The translations under genes were made by a program, and so were the position numbers. 64,000 nt of DNA from Patescibacteria group bacterium (GTDB lineage Bacteria; Patescibacteriota; Patescibacteriia; UBA9934), in assembly GCA_049296775.1 (NCBI GenBank), contig JBAQTB010000003.1, positions 204,766 to 268,765 on the forward strand, in the 5' to 3' direction. Every line of letters begins with the position of its first letter. Position 1 is the stretch's first letter. A model generated the notes under the pieces. That model did no database searches. It was not told the origin of the DNA and worked only from the letters and a program-made list of their open reading frames with translations. Positions 38,311 through 49,031 of the stretch are shown one piece after another.

Positions 38311-38347
38311 CGGCCGGCATCAACATGATGCCGGCCGCGTTTTCTTT
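38311..38347 (+). terminator. Intrinsic terminator (11-bp stem CGGCCGGCAUC/GAUGCCGGCCG + U-rich), convergent with next gene
   Basis: cggccggcatcaacatgatgccggccgcgttttcttt; preceded by second hairpin GGCCGCaaacactGCGGCC. Confidence 0.65.
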
Positions 38348-39350
38348 ATACTTGGTAAGCTCCGTTGGCGTACACTAGGGTATCGTCTAGATAAACTTGA
38401 TCTGTGACGGCGAAGACGTCCACGTGATACTGACCTTCACGGCGTTTCATGCCGGGCTTGGCGTAGATGGAGTGCTTGGCGCCAAGGGATAAGTGAATGC
38501 CGCACATGCGTTCATACGTGCCGATATCCGCCACGTGCTGCTCCCGGCTAAAAGCTCGGTTCATGCCGAAACCTAATTCACGAACCCAAACCTCTTCATC
38601 AGCTTTGATTTGCGCAATGACCAGATCGAAATCTGGCGTACTGTTCTTAACTGCTACCACTTTTGAGGCTTCAATAACTAGAGTAATTGGCTCAGCGGGC
38701 AAATTAACCTTGAAATTCGTATCGCCAAAAGCAAAAATCCTGACCTCTCCGTTTACGCCACTCAAATCCTGAGCCTCCGTAAACACCTCCCCAATCGGAA
38801 ACTGGCCACCCACATTTTTCATGCCGGAATAATCGCCAATATTCAATTTAGCATCTTCAAATTTAGTGGTGTAATCCAAAGTTGCTCCCCCACTCTCCAC
38901 CCTAGCCGAACCCGCGGCATCAATCAGGTGTTTGAGCTTATTCCCAACTACGCGGTAATAGCTAGAATCATAAGCTAAAGAGTTGATATACACCTCCATG
39001 TCCTGACCTTGCATGCGGAACAGATGCGGATGTTCAATCACTTTCAAACCTTGTTTGAAGAGCTCAACGCGTAACCGAAACTCGTTTAATCGGAAACTGA
39101 GTGACTGCACTAACACCACCAAATCACCGGGCTGCAGCTCCGCCAACACAGCTAAAATTTGCTCGGCCGAAGTACTTTCAAAATCTAAAAAAGTCGCTTC
39201 TGGCAAAGCCTGCCGGTAACCGGCAGCCACCAAGGTCGACAACTGACTGTACTCATCAAAAACCACCACGGCCCGATGTTCCGGGGTATACAAAATCGCC
39301 TGGGCTAAAACAGCTTGTAAATTTTGTGTGGCAGTTTCAAGTAAAGTCAT
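38346..39350 (-). CDS. Putative aminopeptidase (M29/AmpS-like), low-confidence family call
   Basis: 334 aa; weak resemblance to aminopeptidase T family; no motif confirmed. Confidence 0.3.
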   Translation of the reverse strand: MTLLETATQNLQAVLAQAILYTPEHRAVVVFDEYSQLSTLVAAGYRQALPEATFLDFESTSAEQILAVLAELQPGDLVVLVQSLSFRLNEFRLRVELFKQGLKVIEHPHLFRMQGQDMEVYINSLAYDSSYYRVVGNKLKHLIDAAGSARVESGGATLDYTTKFEDAKLNIGDYSGMKNVGGQFPIGEVFTEAQDLSGVNGEVRIFAFGDTNFKVNLPAEPITLVIEASKVVAVKNSTPDFDLVIAQIKADEEVWVRELGFGMNRAFSREQHVADIGTYERMCGIHLSLGAKHSIYAKPGMKRREGQYHVDVFAVTDQVYLDDTLVYANGAYQV

Positions 39351-39441
39351 AATTTGGCCAATAGCCTAGCACTTTTTCAGCCCCGTGTACAGATTTTGCC
39401 AAACATAAAACTCCGCTCAGGCGGAGTTTTAGGTTAAATGA

Positions 39442-39903
39442 CTAGAAAGTGATAGGAATCACTAAAGAATTGTCATGAATTGGCAAACCGGATGGATTGT
39501 CCTTTTCTAACACGAGGGTGCCAGTGGCAGTAGTCGAGGGTGTGAAGGTGATACTCGCGGTAAAAGGCACGAAGTTGACCGTCATCCAATCTCCTTGGGC
39601 CGTGGCGATCCCGGTACCAAGCAAAACCTGGTTAGAATCGTAAACTTTAATCGGAAAGGACGCTTCAAAATACCAGTTACCCCTGGCTTCACCTTCAACA
39701 GTCACAGGGCTATTGATCTCGGCATTGATGAACGGAGTAGAAACTGTGATCAAATCTTCGATCTCAGCCGTTTCATCCTCATCCACAGGCTCTGGCTCAA
39801 TAACGGGATTATCGATAGACGGCTCAGGATTGATCACTGTCACGTTAGTACAACCCGCTCCCACGGCTAGGAGCAAAGCAGCGATGAGAAAATATTTTGA
39901 CAT
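39442..39903 (-). CDS. Putative lipoprotein, function unknown
   Basis: MSKYFLIAALLLAVGAGC lipobox. Confidence 0.5.
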   Translation of the reverse strand: MSKYFLIAALLLAVGAGCTNVTVINPEPSIDNPVIEPEPVDEDETAEIEDLITVSTPFINAEINSPVTVEGEARGNWYFEASFPIKVYDSNQVLLGTGIATAQGDWMTVNFVPFTASITFTPSTTATGTLVLEKDNPSGLPIHDNSLVIPITF

Positions 39904-39904
39904 A

Positions 39905-40282
39905 TTAGTTTTTAGGTTTAAAATCGAGGGCTAATGAATTGATGCAATAGCGTAAGCCTGTTGGAGCTGGTCCATCTTCAAACACATGACCTAGGTGAGC
40001 GTCACAATTGGCACATTTTACCTCAGTTCTGCGTGTTCCCATGCTCTCGTCTAGCTCCGTGGCTACCTTACCCTGACTCACGACATCTGCAAAGCTTGGC
40101 CAACCTGTGCCAGAATCAAACTTGGCATCTGAGGCGAATAATGACTGGCCACAATTAACGCAAATATACTCACCTTCCTCATGATGATCGTAATATTTGC
40201 CACTAAAAGGCGGCTCGGTGCCCTTCATAAAACAGATATTCTGCTGTTCCGGGGTTAGTTTAGAGTTGGTGTTTGGGTCCAT
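39905..40282 (-). CDS. msrB: Peptide-methionine (R)-S-oxide reductase
   Basis: Two CxxC pairs (CVNCGQ..., CANCDAHLGHVF), GWPSF and RTEV(K)C catalytic motif. Confidence 0.9.
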   Translation of the reverse strand: MDPNTNSKLTPEQQNICFMKGTEPPFSGKYYDHHEEGEYICVNCGQSLFASDAKFDSGTGWPSFADVVSQGKVATELDESMGTRRTEVKCANCDAHLGHVFEDGPAPTGLRYCINSLALDFKPKN

Positions 40283-40811
40283 AATTTAGTTCATGTTTTA
40301 AACTACGATACTCCGGCAGGGCCCGAGCGACAAGTTGCCAAAAACGTGATGAATGGTTCATCTCCCCCAAGTGACACAGTTCATGCACAATAATGTAGTC
40401 AGCAAGATGAGGGGGTAACAGCGCAATTTTGTAGGTAAAACTCAAACTCCCCGTGCTTGAACAGCTCCCCCAACGCGTCCGCTGGTTACGAATACTAAGT
40501 CTGGTGAATTTAAATTGGTAAAGCAGGTTAAAATGAGCTAATCGGTCTTTAGCTAGACGAAGAGCAGAAGATTTGAAAGTTTTCAGCTCAGCCGGTGTGC
40601 CCCGCCAAGAATACGGACTCGCCCGACGTTTAAGTTTTTCACGGGCCGCCTCAATCCAAGTGATTTTACTCAACACGGCCTGACGAATAACCGCCTCAGA
40701 AGCTCGTTTAGGTGCTGTCACCGCACAACTCCCATCTGCCAAAATCCGAATTCTGACGTGCTTAGACCGCACGTATCGTTTAAGCGTAAAAGTGGGCAAC
40801 ACGGATGACAT
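40260..40811 (-). CDS. YgjP/DUF45-family HExxH metal-dependent hydrolase
   Basis: HELCHLGEMNHSSRFW motif. Confidence 0.7.
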   Translation of the reverse strand: MSSVLPTFTLKRYVRSKHVRIRILADGSCAVTAPKRASEAVIRQAVLSKITWIEAAREKLKRRASPYSWRGTPAELKTFKSSALRLAKDRLAHFNLLYQFKFTRLSIRNQRTRWGSCSSTGSLSFTYKIALLPPHLADYIIVHELCHLGEMNHSSRFWQLVARALPEYRSLKHELNYGPKHQL

Positions 40812-40888
40812 GAAGAAAGATCTAATCTCTAAAATCTTTACCTATATACTTTAGGGGCGTATACTCGTTTGGTTGCATCTTAGCATCT

Positions 40889-42655
40889 ATGCCTAAATTC
40901 TTCTTCCCCACCCTAAGACTCCTCTTGGTTTTGGCGCTCGTGGCCTTTGTAAGTACCTATTCGACCCTCATCATTGGGCTGTTTCAACATAGCGGAGAGC
41001 CGGAGTTACTCATGACATTTTTCTCAATTGCCTTGATTTTCTCCTTATCTTTTGGGATTTTCTACCTGGCACGCGGCACCCCCCTACCTAGCTTTGTGAT
41101 TGCGGTGTTCTTTGGTATGGCCGCCCAGCCGCTCCTGGAACCGGTCACCCAAAACCAGGCTGTCCTAGGTGCCTTGGTCGGTTTTGGTGCGACCTTAATT
41201 CTCTTTGGCGGTGGTCTGGAGACACCCTTTGAAAACTTCAAAAAGCTCTTTGGGAAGATCATGATGCTATCTTTTGTAGGCCTAGGTTTTACCGCCATCG
41301 CCTTTGCTTTTGGCGTCCACGCCCTGGGTGCCTGGACCGGTTTTGCCATCAGCTTCACAACCGCCATCCTACTTGGCGCCCTTCTCTCATCAACTGACCC
41401 GGCCGCAATTATCCCTGTCCTCAAACGCCTCCGCTTCAATAACCCTTCCACCAAAGACATTATCGTGTCTGAAAGTGCGGTCACGGATGTCACCGGTACC
41501 TTGCTCACAGTAGCTTTCTTGGCCCTAGCGGCGAGCGGACTCTTGGAAAGCGGGATTCTGAATGGTTACCAACAAATTTTCACGCTGGACTCTGCCAAAC
41601 TCCTCTTCAAGCAACTTGTGTTTGGCACAGCCTTTGGTATCGTCGGCTACGCGCTATTGCACGTACTGACACGCTTTAAAGGCACCCACGAAAGAGAATA
41701 TGAGGCTGACTCAGCCTTCTTTTTATTTATCCCGATCATTATCTTCACATTAGCTCTGGCGTTTGGGGGTAGCGGCTACTTGGCGGCGTTTGTGGCTGGA
41801 CTCATGTTTAAGCTGAATGAGTGCCTCCACGAAACCGAAAGATTCTTCAATCACACCATTGATGGCTTTTTCAAACCCACGATCTTCTTGATGCTCGGTG
41901 CCTTGATCGACTTAAAAGGCTTGTTCGAATATGCACCAGTCGGACTGCTAATCGCACTCGTCTTCATGTTTATCATTCGTCCGCTAGCTGTCTTTTTAAG
42001 CTTGGCACCGTTTACCGTGATCGGCAAAGATCGCACCACTTGGAGAGAGATCGCATTCATCTCTTTTGTACGTGAAACTGGAGCTATTCCGGCCGTACTG
42101 TTGGTGACGATCGCTTCACTCAAGATTGCGAATATCGAAGGGTTACTGCCGATTGGCTTGTGGGTGATTTTATCGACCTTAACCATTGAACCGCTCCTGA
42201 CGCCTTGGGTAGCAGAAAAACTCAAAGTCGCCACAATCATCCCTGACGTCGACACTGACATTTCTGCACATGCTGACTCGGTTGTCGTCCTCGGTTCACG
42301 TGGTAACTCCTGGAAGCGCCGCTTGCCCCTCGTCGCTGACTGGGCCTCACGTCACCAAGTACCAAACGTGACTCTGCTGATGTGCTATGAATATCAGCAT
42401 ACTCCGGAAAAAGCTGCCAAAGCCCAGTTGGAGTTTGCCGAACTCATGAAACACATCAACCTCAAACTCGTCCGCAATGGTTACAAACCCCTCCGCGGCG
42501 AACTCATGGTCAGTGAAGGTTTGCTCCAAGAAAACATTGATCGCATGTCCAAAGTGCAAAATAATATCCTCGCCTTTTTTGTAGGTCGCAAAATGTTGGA
42601 TTACAAACTAGACGAAATCAAACGCCTATCTATCCCGCTATTTTTCATGAGTTAG
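40889..42655 (+). CDS. Cation:proton (Na+/H+) antiporter, CPA1/NhaP-like, with cytoplasmic C-terminal domain
   Basis: ~12 TM helices, 588 aa. Confidence 0.65.
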   Translation: MPKFFFPTLRLLLVLALVAFVSTYSTLIIGLFQHSGEPELLMTFFSIALIFSLSFGIFYLARGTPLPSFVIAVFFGMAAQPLLEPVTQNQAVLGALVGFGATLILFGGGLETPFENFKKLFGKIMMLSFVGLGFTAIAFAFGVHALGAWTGFAISFTTAILLGALLSSTDPAAIIPVLKRLRFNNPSTKDIIVSESAVTDVTGTLLTVAFLALAASGLLESGILNGYQQIFTLDSAKLLFKQLVFGTAFGIVGYALLHVLTRFKGTHEREYEADSAFFLFIPIIIFTLALAFGGSGYLAAFVAGLMFKLNECLHETERFFNHTIDGFFKPTIFLMLGALIDLKGLFEYAPVGLLIALVFMFIIRPLAVFLSLAPFTVIGKDRTTWREIAFISFVRETGAIPAVLLVTIASLKIANIEGLLPIGLWVILSTLTIEPLLTPWVAEKLKVATIIPDVDTDISAHADSVVVLGSRGNSWKRRLPLVADWASRHQVPNVTLLMCYEYQHTPEKAAKAQLEFAELMKHINLKLVRNGYKPLRGELMVSEGLLQENIDRMSKVQNNILAFFVGRKMLDYKLDEIKRLSIPLFFMS

Positions 42656-42665
42656 CGCCCAGACA

Positions 42666-42694
42666 TTTACAAAATGTACCAAAGCATGTATACT
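42666..42694 (+). promoter_or_regulatory. Sigma70-type promoter TTTACA-17-TATACT
   Basis: TTTACAaaatgtaccaaagcatgTATACT; ORF-track start 42674 lies inside this promoter. Confidence 0.45.
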
Positions 42695-42715
42695 CCTCCA
42701 GCTTCAGAGGAGCTC

Positions 42716-43132
42716 ATGCCAATATTTCCCTTCCCCGTTGCTAACCCCCTGGTCAAGTCCGCGTTCGATCAAGTGGAATTCGCACTGTGTTGTGCGGCAC
42801 TACTTGAGCACCCCCCACTGGAAATAAGTGGCAGAAGCTTCAGGTACAGAGCTCATAGACGCCTCAGTGTCGGCATCTCCATCACCCTGACCTGGGGAGG
42901 AGAATACACCGAGACCAAGACAGATACCGCGGCCAAGGTCAGGTCCCAGACTGTCATCTTCGTGCGGCTGTGCCAAAACGAAGATCTGGTGATCGGAGTC
43001 GAATGCTTGGTCGAGCCCGACAGGCATATCTGGCTACTCAGACATGCAGGTGAGGTGGAAGAAATCAGCTACCTCGAGGCACTCAAGATCATTGATGATA
43101 CCAGCCAAGGCTGGCGTCTATCGCACCCCTAA
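42716..43132 (+). CDS. Hypothetical protein (cassette gene)
   Basis: ATG at 42716 preceded by RBS GAGGAG; 138 aa; no domain recognised. Confidence 0.45.
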   Translation: MPIFPFPVANPLVKSAFDQVEFALCCAALLEHPPLEISGRSFRYRAHRRLSVGISITLTWGGEYTETKTDTAAKVRSQTVIFVRLCQNEDLVIGVECLVEPDRHIWLLRHAGEVEEISYLEALKIIDDTSQGWRLSHP

Positions 43133-43158
43133 TCGTGATCGTCACTAGGTGATCACCT

Positions 43159-43198
43159 GCAGCCGCCCTACGCTTAGGACGGCTGCTTTCTTTTTCTT
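43159..43198 (+). terminator. Intrinsic terminator (GCAGCCG...CGGCUGC + U-rich), convergent with murF
   Basis: gcagccgccctacgcttaggacggctgctttctttttctt. Confidence 0.6.
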
Positions 43199-44480
43199 AC
43201 AACCATTCCGGTTCTTGACGGACTAAGAGCTCGCTAGCACGCAATGGTTCAGCCAGAATATCTTTGATCGCTCTTTCCATACGTTGTGACTGTGAACCTT
43301 TCACTAAAATCACGTCACCGGTAGCAACAATTCTATCCAAATATCTACCGGCTTCCACGGAGTCCTTAAACCACTGGAGCTTATCTGCATCAAGACCTGC
43401 CTGTTCAGCCGCTGCCATAGCCAACTTCATCTGTGGGCCAACAGCGACAAACAGATCAGCAACACGCGCCACCTGCTGACCAATGGCTTGGTGCTCCGCA
43501 TCAGAACCAGCACCCAACTCCGCCATGTCACCTAAAACGGCAATCCTGCGGTCATACTCTTCACCTGGGGTAAATTGACCTAACGCTTCCAAACCAGCCG
43601 CTACAGAGGCGGGAGCGGCATTGTAAGAATCGTCCAGGATTAACGAACCCTTAACACCCGCCAAAGGTCGCAACCGGCCGTTGACCGGAGTTAGCTCACG
43701 TGACAAGGCTGCAGCCGCATCACTTAACGGCACTCCACATTTCACCGCGACCATAGCCGCTGCCAACGCAGCTGACACCATGGCCGGCGCGGCGCAGTTC
43801 TTTAACTCGATCTCAGCCGACTGATCATTCACATGCAACACGGCCCGCATGATCACAAAGACTTCGCCGACATCGAAACTATCTTCTTTTAAGAAACTCA
43901 GACGGACATCAGTCGCGTAAGCATCGCCGTGGCTCAAACTGTACGTGGATACAGCCGCTGTAAATCTGGAACGCATCTCCGCCACTTTCACATCGTCACC
44001 GTTCAAGATTACAGTGCCGGAGCTCTTGACCGCTTCACCCAAGCTTGCCTTTTCCGCAATCAACGCCTCTAAATCTGGGTAATTAGCCACATGAACCGGA
44101 GAGATCGCCGTAATCACCGCTACGTCCGGTGGTGCAATGCGCACTAATTTAGCCATATCACCCGGGCCATCAACGCCGTACTCCAAAACTAAGTATTCCG
44201 GCAAGTCAGACAAACGCTGCGCTCTAAATAACAACTTGAGCCATTCCCAAGCATCTTTCCCTGGACTTTTCTCCCCCAAAATCGCTAAAGGCAAGCCGAT
44301 CTCATTATTGTAATTCTTGTAAGGTGTCCGCACGCGATACTTAGCTCCAAGTGCAATCGCAATGGCCTGCCGGGTAGAAGTTTTGCCGACTGATCCGGTC
44401 ACTGCCACCACGGTTGGCTGATAGCGTTTCACTTTAGCGGTCGCAATTCTGGCCAGCGTACGGAAAATAAGCTTTTTCAT
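43197..44480 (-). CDS. murF: UDP-N-acetylmuramoyl-tripeptide--D-alanyl-D-alanine ligase
   Basis: VTGSVGKTSTRQ P-loop, Mur ligase middle/C-terminal domains. Confidence 0.85.
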   Translation of the reverse strand: MKKLIFRTLARIATAKVKRYQPTVVAVTGSVGKTSTRQAIAIALGAKYRVRTPYKNYNNEIGLPLAILGEKSPGKDAWEWLKLLFRAQRLSDLPEYLVLEYGVDGPGDMAKLVRIAPPDVAVITAISPVHVANYPDLEALIAEKASLGEAVKSSGTVILNGDDVKVAEMRSRFTAAVSTYSLSHGDAYATDVRLSFLKEDSFDVGEVFVIMRAVLHVNDQSAEIELKNCAAPAMVSAALAAAMVAVKCGVPLSDAAAALSRELTPVNGRLRPLAGVKGSLILDDSYNAAPASVAAGLEALGQFTPGEEYDRRIAVLGDMAELGAGSDAEHQAIGQQVARVADLFVAVGPQMKLAMAAAEQAGLDADKLQWFKDSVEAGRYLDRIVATGDVILVKGSQSQRMERAIKDILAEPLRASELLVRQEPEWL

Positions 44481-44492
44481 ATTGACTATAGA

Positions 44493-46487
44493 TTACTCAA
44501 TTGGTCTGTCTGGAGCAATGCCGTAATACTCCAGTAAAAACTCAGCAATTTCTCCAAACACTGGAGCGGCCGTTGATTCAGCATAAATGACCCCCTCTTT
44601 TGGATTCTCGATCTTAACGACCATGGCGAATTTTGGATCATGGATCGGACCGTAGCCAGCAAAGGAACCGTTAAATTCTGTCTTGGAGTAAACACCGTTC
44701 CGGGCGATCTGCGCCGTACCAGTTTTGCCACCAATGTAATATCCAGGCACACTAGCTCGCTGACCGTGCCCGTATTCCACCACTGACACCAACATCGCTC
44801 CAATGGTGGTTGCCGTAGACGGCGAGATCACCTGCCGTAGAGCTTGTGGCTGTATGTGCTCAACGGTGCCATCAGCGTAACGTAATTCATCCACGATATA
44901 CGGCTTCATGAGCAAACCTTGGTTGGCAAGAGCGGCATACGCTGCAACGATCTGCAACGGGGTAGTCGTGATACCTTGTCCGAAGGATGCTGTAGCTGGA
45001 TACACCTCAGCGCGCTCGTCCAAAGACGCGATGGTGCCGGCTACTTCAGACTTAAGTTCAATGCCCGTCTGCTGTCCAAAGCCAAAGTCGCGGATATATT
45101 GTTTAAGCGTCTCTGGACCCATCTGCCGCATAACCCACACCATACCAGTATTCACCGAATCCTCCAGCACCTCAATCATGGAAACATTCCCGAAAATCTT
45201 CTCACCAGCATTGCGAATCGTAAATTCATCAATCGTGACTGAACCGGTATCTGTAAACCGCGACTCTGGGGTTACGGCCTCGACATCAATGGCGGCCGCC
45301 ATGGTAATAGGCTTAAAAATAGAACCAGGCTCATACGCGCTGAAAATCGCCGTGTTGTTGTAAACGAAGGCGTCCTCAACATTGCCGTAATCAGCGGGAT
45401 AAAAATCCGGTGCGCCACACATCGCTAAAACCTTGCCAGTAGCCGGCTCCAAAATCACAACCGTTCCAGAATCAGCATTATGGGACTCCACACCTCTGGC
45501 TAAAATCTCACACACTTCAACTTGCAAAGTTCTATCTACGGTCAACAAAATATCGCCACCATCTATGGCTGGCTTAAAATCCCTACTCCCCACCCCAATG
45601 AATCTACCGGACACGTCTACTTGAGAAGACAGCTGACCAATCTGACCCGCTAAAAAATCATCAAAGAAACCTTCCAGGCCGTACAAACCAACCGGCTGAC
45701 CATCCTGTTTACGCCCTAAAAAACCTAAAATTTGCCCACCAAAGCCTGGCTCTGGATACGCTCTAGAATCTTCAAGAATATAATCCAGCGCCTCTGACTC
45801 CAAAGTCTTGAGTAAATCTAGCTGTTCATCCGTGACGTTTCTAGCCACGGGCTCATACGGATCATCCGCCTTACTCAATCTAGCGATCAAGGCTGCGACT
45901 TGATTATCCTCCAACGTAAAAGGTTCAAGTATGATGGGCTCTTCAATAGCTACACCCGCCACTTCCGGAGCTGGCACATCAGCAGCAACCGGAACCGGCG
46001 GCGTAGTCTCGGCTTCTTCCGCCGCGAGCAGTCGCTCTTTCTCTAGCCTGACCTGTCGCATCAAGTTCTCCAACTCCTGAGCCTCAGTCATACGCCCAAT
46101 AGAACGTAATTGCTCCATCATGGCAAATCGTTCGTACTCTTCTAGGCCATCTAACTTAAGAATTTTCGCGATCTCCTTACCCAAGGCGACTGGATCCGTC
46201 ACTTTACGTGGATCCGCGAACACAAAAGCTTTGGGAGCCGCTGTAGCTACCGGATATTCAGTTACGTCGTTATGGTCCCGAACAAAAATTCGACCACGTT
46301 GCGGAACTAACTGCTCATACAACGAGTGCTGACCCTTGGCGACTTCTTGATAGCGATCTCCGTCGACAATTTGCAAATAATACAATCTGCCCATCATCAC
46401 AAGCAGCAACCCCACAAAAAAGAAACGGAGAGCGCGTAAGCGCCATCCGTTTTCTAGGGCTCTGTGTTTTCGCTCCATGCTAGCCAT
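44493..46487 (-). CDS. Class B penicillin-binding protein (FtsI/PBP2-type transpeptidase)
   Basis: N-terminal TM, SIFK (SxxK), SVN (SxN), KTGT motifs. Confidence 0.85.
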   Translation of the reverse strand: MASMERKHRALENGWRLRALRFFFVGLLLVMMGRLYYLQIVDGDRYQEVAKGQHSLYEQLVPQRGRIFVRDHNDVTEYPVATAAPKAFVFADPRKVTDPVALGKEIAKILKLDGLEEYERFAMMEQLRSIGRMTEAQELENLMRQVRLEKERLLAAEEAETTPPVPVAADVPAPEVAGVAIEEPIILEPFTLEDNQVAALIARLSKADDPYEPVARNVTDEQLDLLKTLESEALDYILEDSRAYPEPGFGGQILGFLGRKQDGQPVGLYGLEGFFDDFLAGQIGQLSSQVDVSGRFIGVGSRDFKPAIDGGDILLTVDRTLQVEVCEILARGVESHNADSGTVVILEPATGKVLAMCGAPDFYPADYGNVEDAFVYNNTAIFSAYEPGSIFKPITMAAAIDVEAVTPESRFTDTGSVTIDEFTIRNAGEKIFGNVSMIEVLEDSVNTGMVWVMRQMGPETLKQYIRDFGFGQQTGIELKSEVAGTIASLDERAEVYPATASFGQGITTTPLQIVAAYAALANQGLLMKPYIVDELRYADGTVEHIQPQALRQVISPSTATTIGAMLVSVVEYGHGQRASVPGYYIGGKTGTAQIARNGVYSKTEFNGSFAGYGPIHDPKFAMVVKIENPKEGVIYAESTAAPVFGEIAEFLLEYYGIAPDRPIE

Positions 46488-46506
46488 AGGCGCCCTCCCT
46501 TTTCAC

Positions 46507-46935
46507 CTAAGCTTCTTGTAAATCTTCTTCTGTAATTTTGACACCAAAGGCGTATGATAGATCACCCGTGGATTCGTCTTCCATGATTCTGATCACGTCA
46601 CCGTCCGCATTTTGATACTCCTTAAAGTTAGTCGTTGTGCCGCCATCGGCGTCATCCACCTTCGCAACGCCCTCATATGAGAACTCATAGTCCTCACCGC
46701 CATACACCACGGTGTCATCTTCTGGCTCTAGCTCCTCGTTAATATCTTCAAATAAGAGAATCTCTTCACCATCTGGGTCAAAAGACAACCACATGCCATC
46801 TTTAGTATAAACCCAGTAAACATGTTCTCCAGTCTCCAAGGTTGCCTCATCAACACCGCGGGGTGAAAAGGTTTTATCTCTAACCACGATCGGCAAATCA
46901 TTCTGAACCAACTCTAAAGCTGCTGACAATTTCAT
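46507..46935 (-). CDS. Hypothetical acidic protein
   Basis: 142 aa, no domain recognised. Confidence 0.45.
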   Translation of the reverse strand: MKLSAALELVQNDLPIVVRDKTFSPRGVDEATLETGEHVYWVYTKDGMWLSFDPDGEEILLFEDINEELEPEDDTVVYGGEDYEFSYEGVAKVDDADGGTTTNFKEYQNADGDVIRIMEDESTGDLSYAFGVKITEEDLQEA

Positions 46936-47105
46936 AGCAAATTACAAGACTAACAATCTGGCCTCAGTATACTCATAGCACACTATCATAAAAGAGTCAT
47001 TGTCCACAGGAGAGACGACACGCAAAAAGACGACCCTCAGGGTCGTCTTTACGCAGCATGTGGATGGTATGTCGAGTGGGCAAAATAACGAGACCATCCA
47101 GCACC

Positions 47106-49007
47106 CTACTGGCAAACGGCGCATTCTTCATTGGCGACGTCACGCTTAGTGGTATCAATTGAGATACTGTCAGCTTGAATAGGTGCGGCAGAGCGTAAGT
47201 AGTACAAGGACTTGAGGCCAGACTTCCAGGCCTGCAAATGCACCTCATTAAGATACTTACCGCTCACTGGAGTTGAGAAGAATAAGTTCAGTGACTGAGC
47301 TTGATCAATAAACGGTTGACGATCAGCGGCTTGCTGAATGATTTCCCGCATGTTCATCTCATAAGCAGTCCTGAAGACCGCTTTCTCTTCCTCCGAGAGT
47401 TCAGTCACATTCATGACGCTACCCTTGTCTGCGATAATCCGCTTCCAAACATCTGGCGTGTTCAAGCCCTTAGTCTCAAGGAAACGCACTAGGAACTTAT
47501 TCTTAACCAAGAAGCTACCGGATAAGGTTTTCTGCAAGTAAGCGTTACCAGAGATCGGCTCAATGCATGGAGAGGCCTCACCACAGATAAATGCAGTTGA
47601 GGCAGTTGGCTGAATGCTGGTCACGTAACTGTTACGCTGGACGCCACCGTCTAGTGGCAAACCACGCTCCTGTCCAAGCTTTACACTCGCAGCCGTAGCC
47701 GCTTTATGAATTGCCCCAAACACCTCCTTGTTCATAGCTCTGGCGGTCACACTCTCAAAGGGCACCTGCTTAGACATTAAGTAACCGTGGTAACCCATGG
47801 CACCCAAACCAATTGAACGCTCACTTCTAACTGAGAAAATCGCCTTCTTAAATTCAACTGGATCAGCCAAATCGCAGAAAGTCTCAAGATTATTGTCTAG
47901 ACCCTTAACGCAGGCATAGGCGATGTCATCAATCTGATCCTTCCATTCATCCCACTTCTCTAGGTTTAAGCTGCCCAAGCAACACACGGCAGTTCTGGTG
48001 TCGCTAGTTGGAAGTACGATTTCAGTACACAAGTTACTCTGCCTCACTTCCAAGCCAAGATCTTTGTGATGCTGTGGACGCATCTTGTTAACGGTATCGA
48101 TAAAAATCATGTATGGCTCGCCAGTTTCTGCCCGCATGGACAAAATCTTACGCCACATGGTTAACGCATCCAATTCGCCAGTCACCGTCTTATAGTGTGG
48201 GTCGATCAGCTGATACGGCTTACCGGCCTCCACGGCCTCCATGAAAGCGTCAGTCAACACCAAACCGTTGTTGATATTCAAACAGCGGCGATCCTGATCT
48301 CCGCCTGGTTTACGCAGCTCCAAAAAATCTTCGATATCCGGGTGATCAATGCGCAAATAGGCTGCGGCCGCCCCACGACGAGTTGAGTTTCTGGAAATCG
48401 CAATAGTCTCAGAATCCATGATCTTTAAGAACGGAATGACACCGGAAGACTTTAAGCCACTGGCCTTGAGCGGAGCGTTTTGTCCGCGTAATTGCGACCA
48501 GTCAGTGCCAATACCACCACCGTACTTAGACAAGAAAGCGTTCTCTCTGAAAATATCGAAGATGCCTTCCAAAGTATCCGGTACCGTGTTCAAGAAACAA
48601 GAAATGGGTAAACCTTTGCCAGTTCCAATGTTCATGAGCGTTGGCGTGGCGGCAATAAACCAACCTTTGCTCAAAATTTCATACAACTTTTGCGCATGGG
48701 CTAGATCATTTCTAGCCATACCCGTGGCCACACGTGCGTAAAATGTTTGCGGGTTTTCTACAATATTGCCATTAGTGTCCTTCAAGAAATAACGATCTCG
48801 CAAGTTCTCCAGGCCAAAGTAAGTAAACCATTCGTTGCGGCTATGATCTAACTCAATCGCTTGCTGGACAGTTTTATCAGCGGTGTAATGTGGACAATCC
48901 CAACTATTCTTATCTTTGGTGGTCTCAATAATCTCCGCTAGTAATAATTTACCCGCGGCATCTAAATCGTTAGCAGACAAAGCATCAACTACGCTTGAAT
49001 AGGTCAT
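47106..49007 (-). CDS. nrdA: Ribonucleoside-diphosphate reductase alpha subunit (class I), apparently without N-terminal ATP-cone
   Basis: Catalytic-site Cys residues, C-terminal CAVC thiol pair; 633 aa; N-terminus lacks VxKRDG ATP-cone motif. Confidence 0.85.
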   Translation of the reverse strand: MTYSSVVDALSANDLDAAGKLLLAEIIETTKDKNSWDCPHYTADKTVQQAIELDHSRNEWFTYFGLENLRDRYFLKDTNGNIVENPQTFYARVATGMARNDLAHAQKLYEILSKGWFIAATPTLMNIGTGKGLPISCFLNTVPDTLEGIFDIFRENAFLSKYGGGIGTDWSQLRGQNAPLKASGLKSSGVIPFLKIMDSETIAISRNSTRRGAAAAYLRIDHPDIEDFLELRKPGGDQDRRCLNINNGLVLTDAFMEAVEAGKPYQLIDPHYKTVTGELDALTMWRKILSMRAETGEPYMIFIDTVNKMRPQHHKDLGLEVRQSNLCTEIVLPTSDTRTAVCCLGSLNLEKWDEWKDQIDDIAYACVKGLDNNLETFCDLADPVEFKKAIFSVRSERSIGLGAMGYHGYLMSKQVPFESVTARAMNKEVFGAIHKAATAASVKLGQERGLPLDGGVQRNSYVTSIQPTASTAFICGEASPCIEPISGNAYLQKTLSGSFLVKNKFLVRFLETKGLNTPDVWKRIIADKGSVMNVTELSEEEKAVFRTAYEMNMREIIQQAADRQPFIDQAQSLNLFFSTPVSGKYLNEVHLQAWKSGLKSLYYLRSAAPIQADSISIDTTKRDVANEECAVCQ

Positions 49008-49031
49008 AATAGGGGTAATGGTTTTGTGAGA

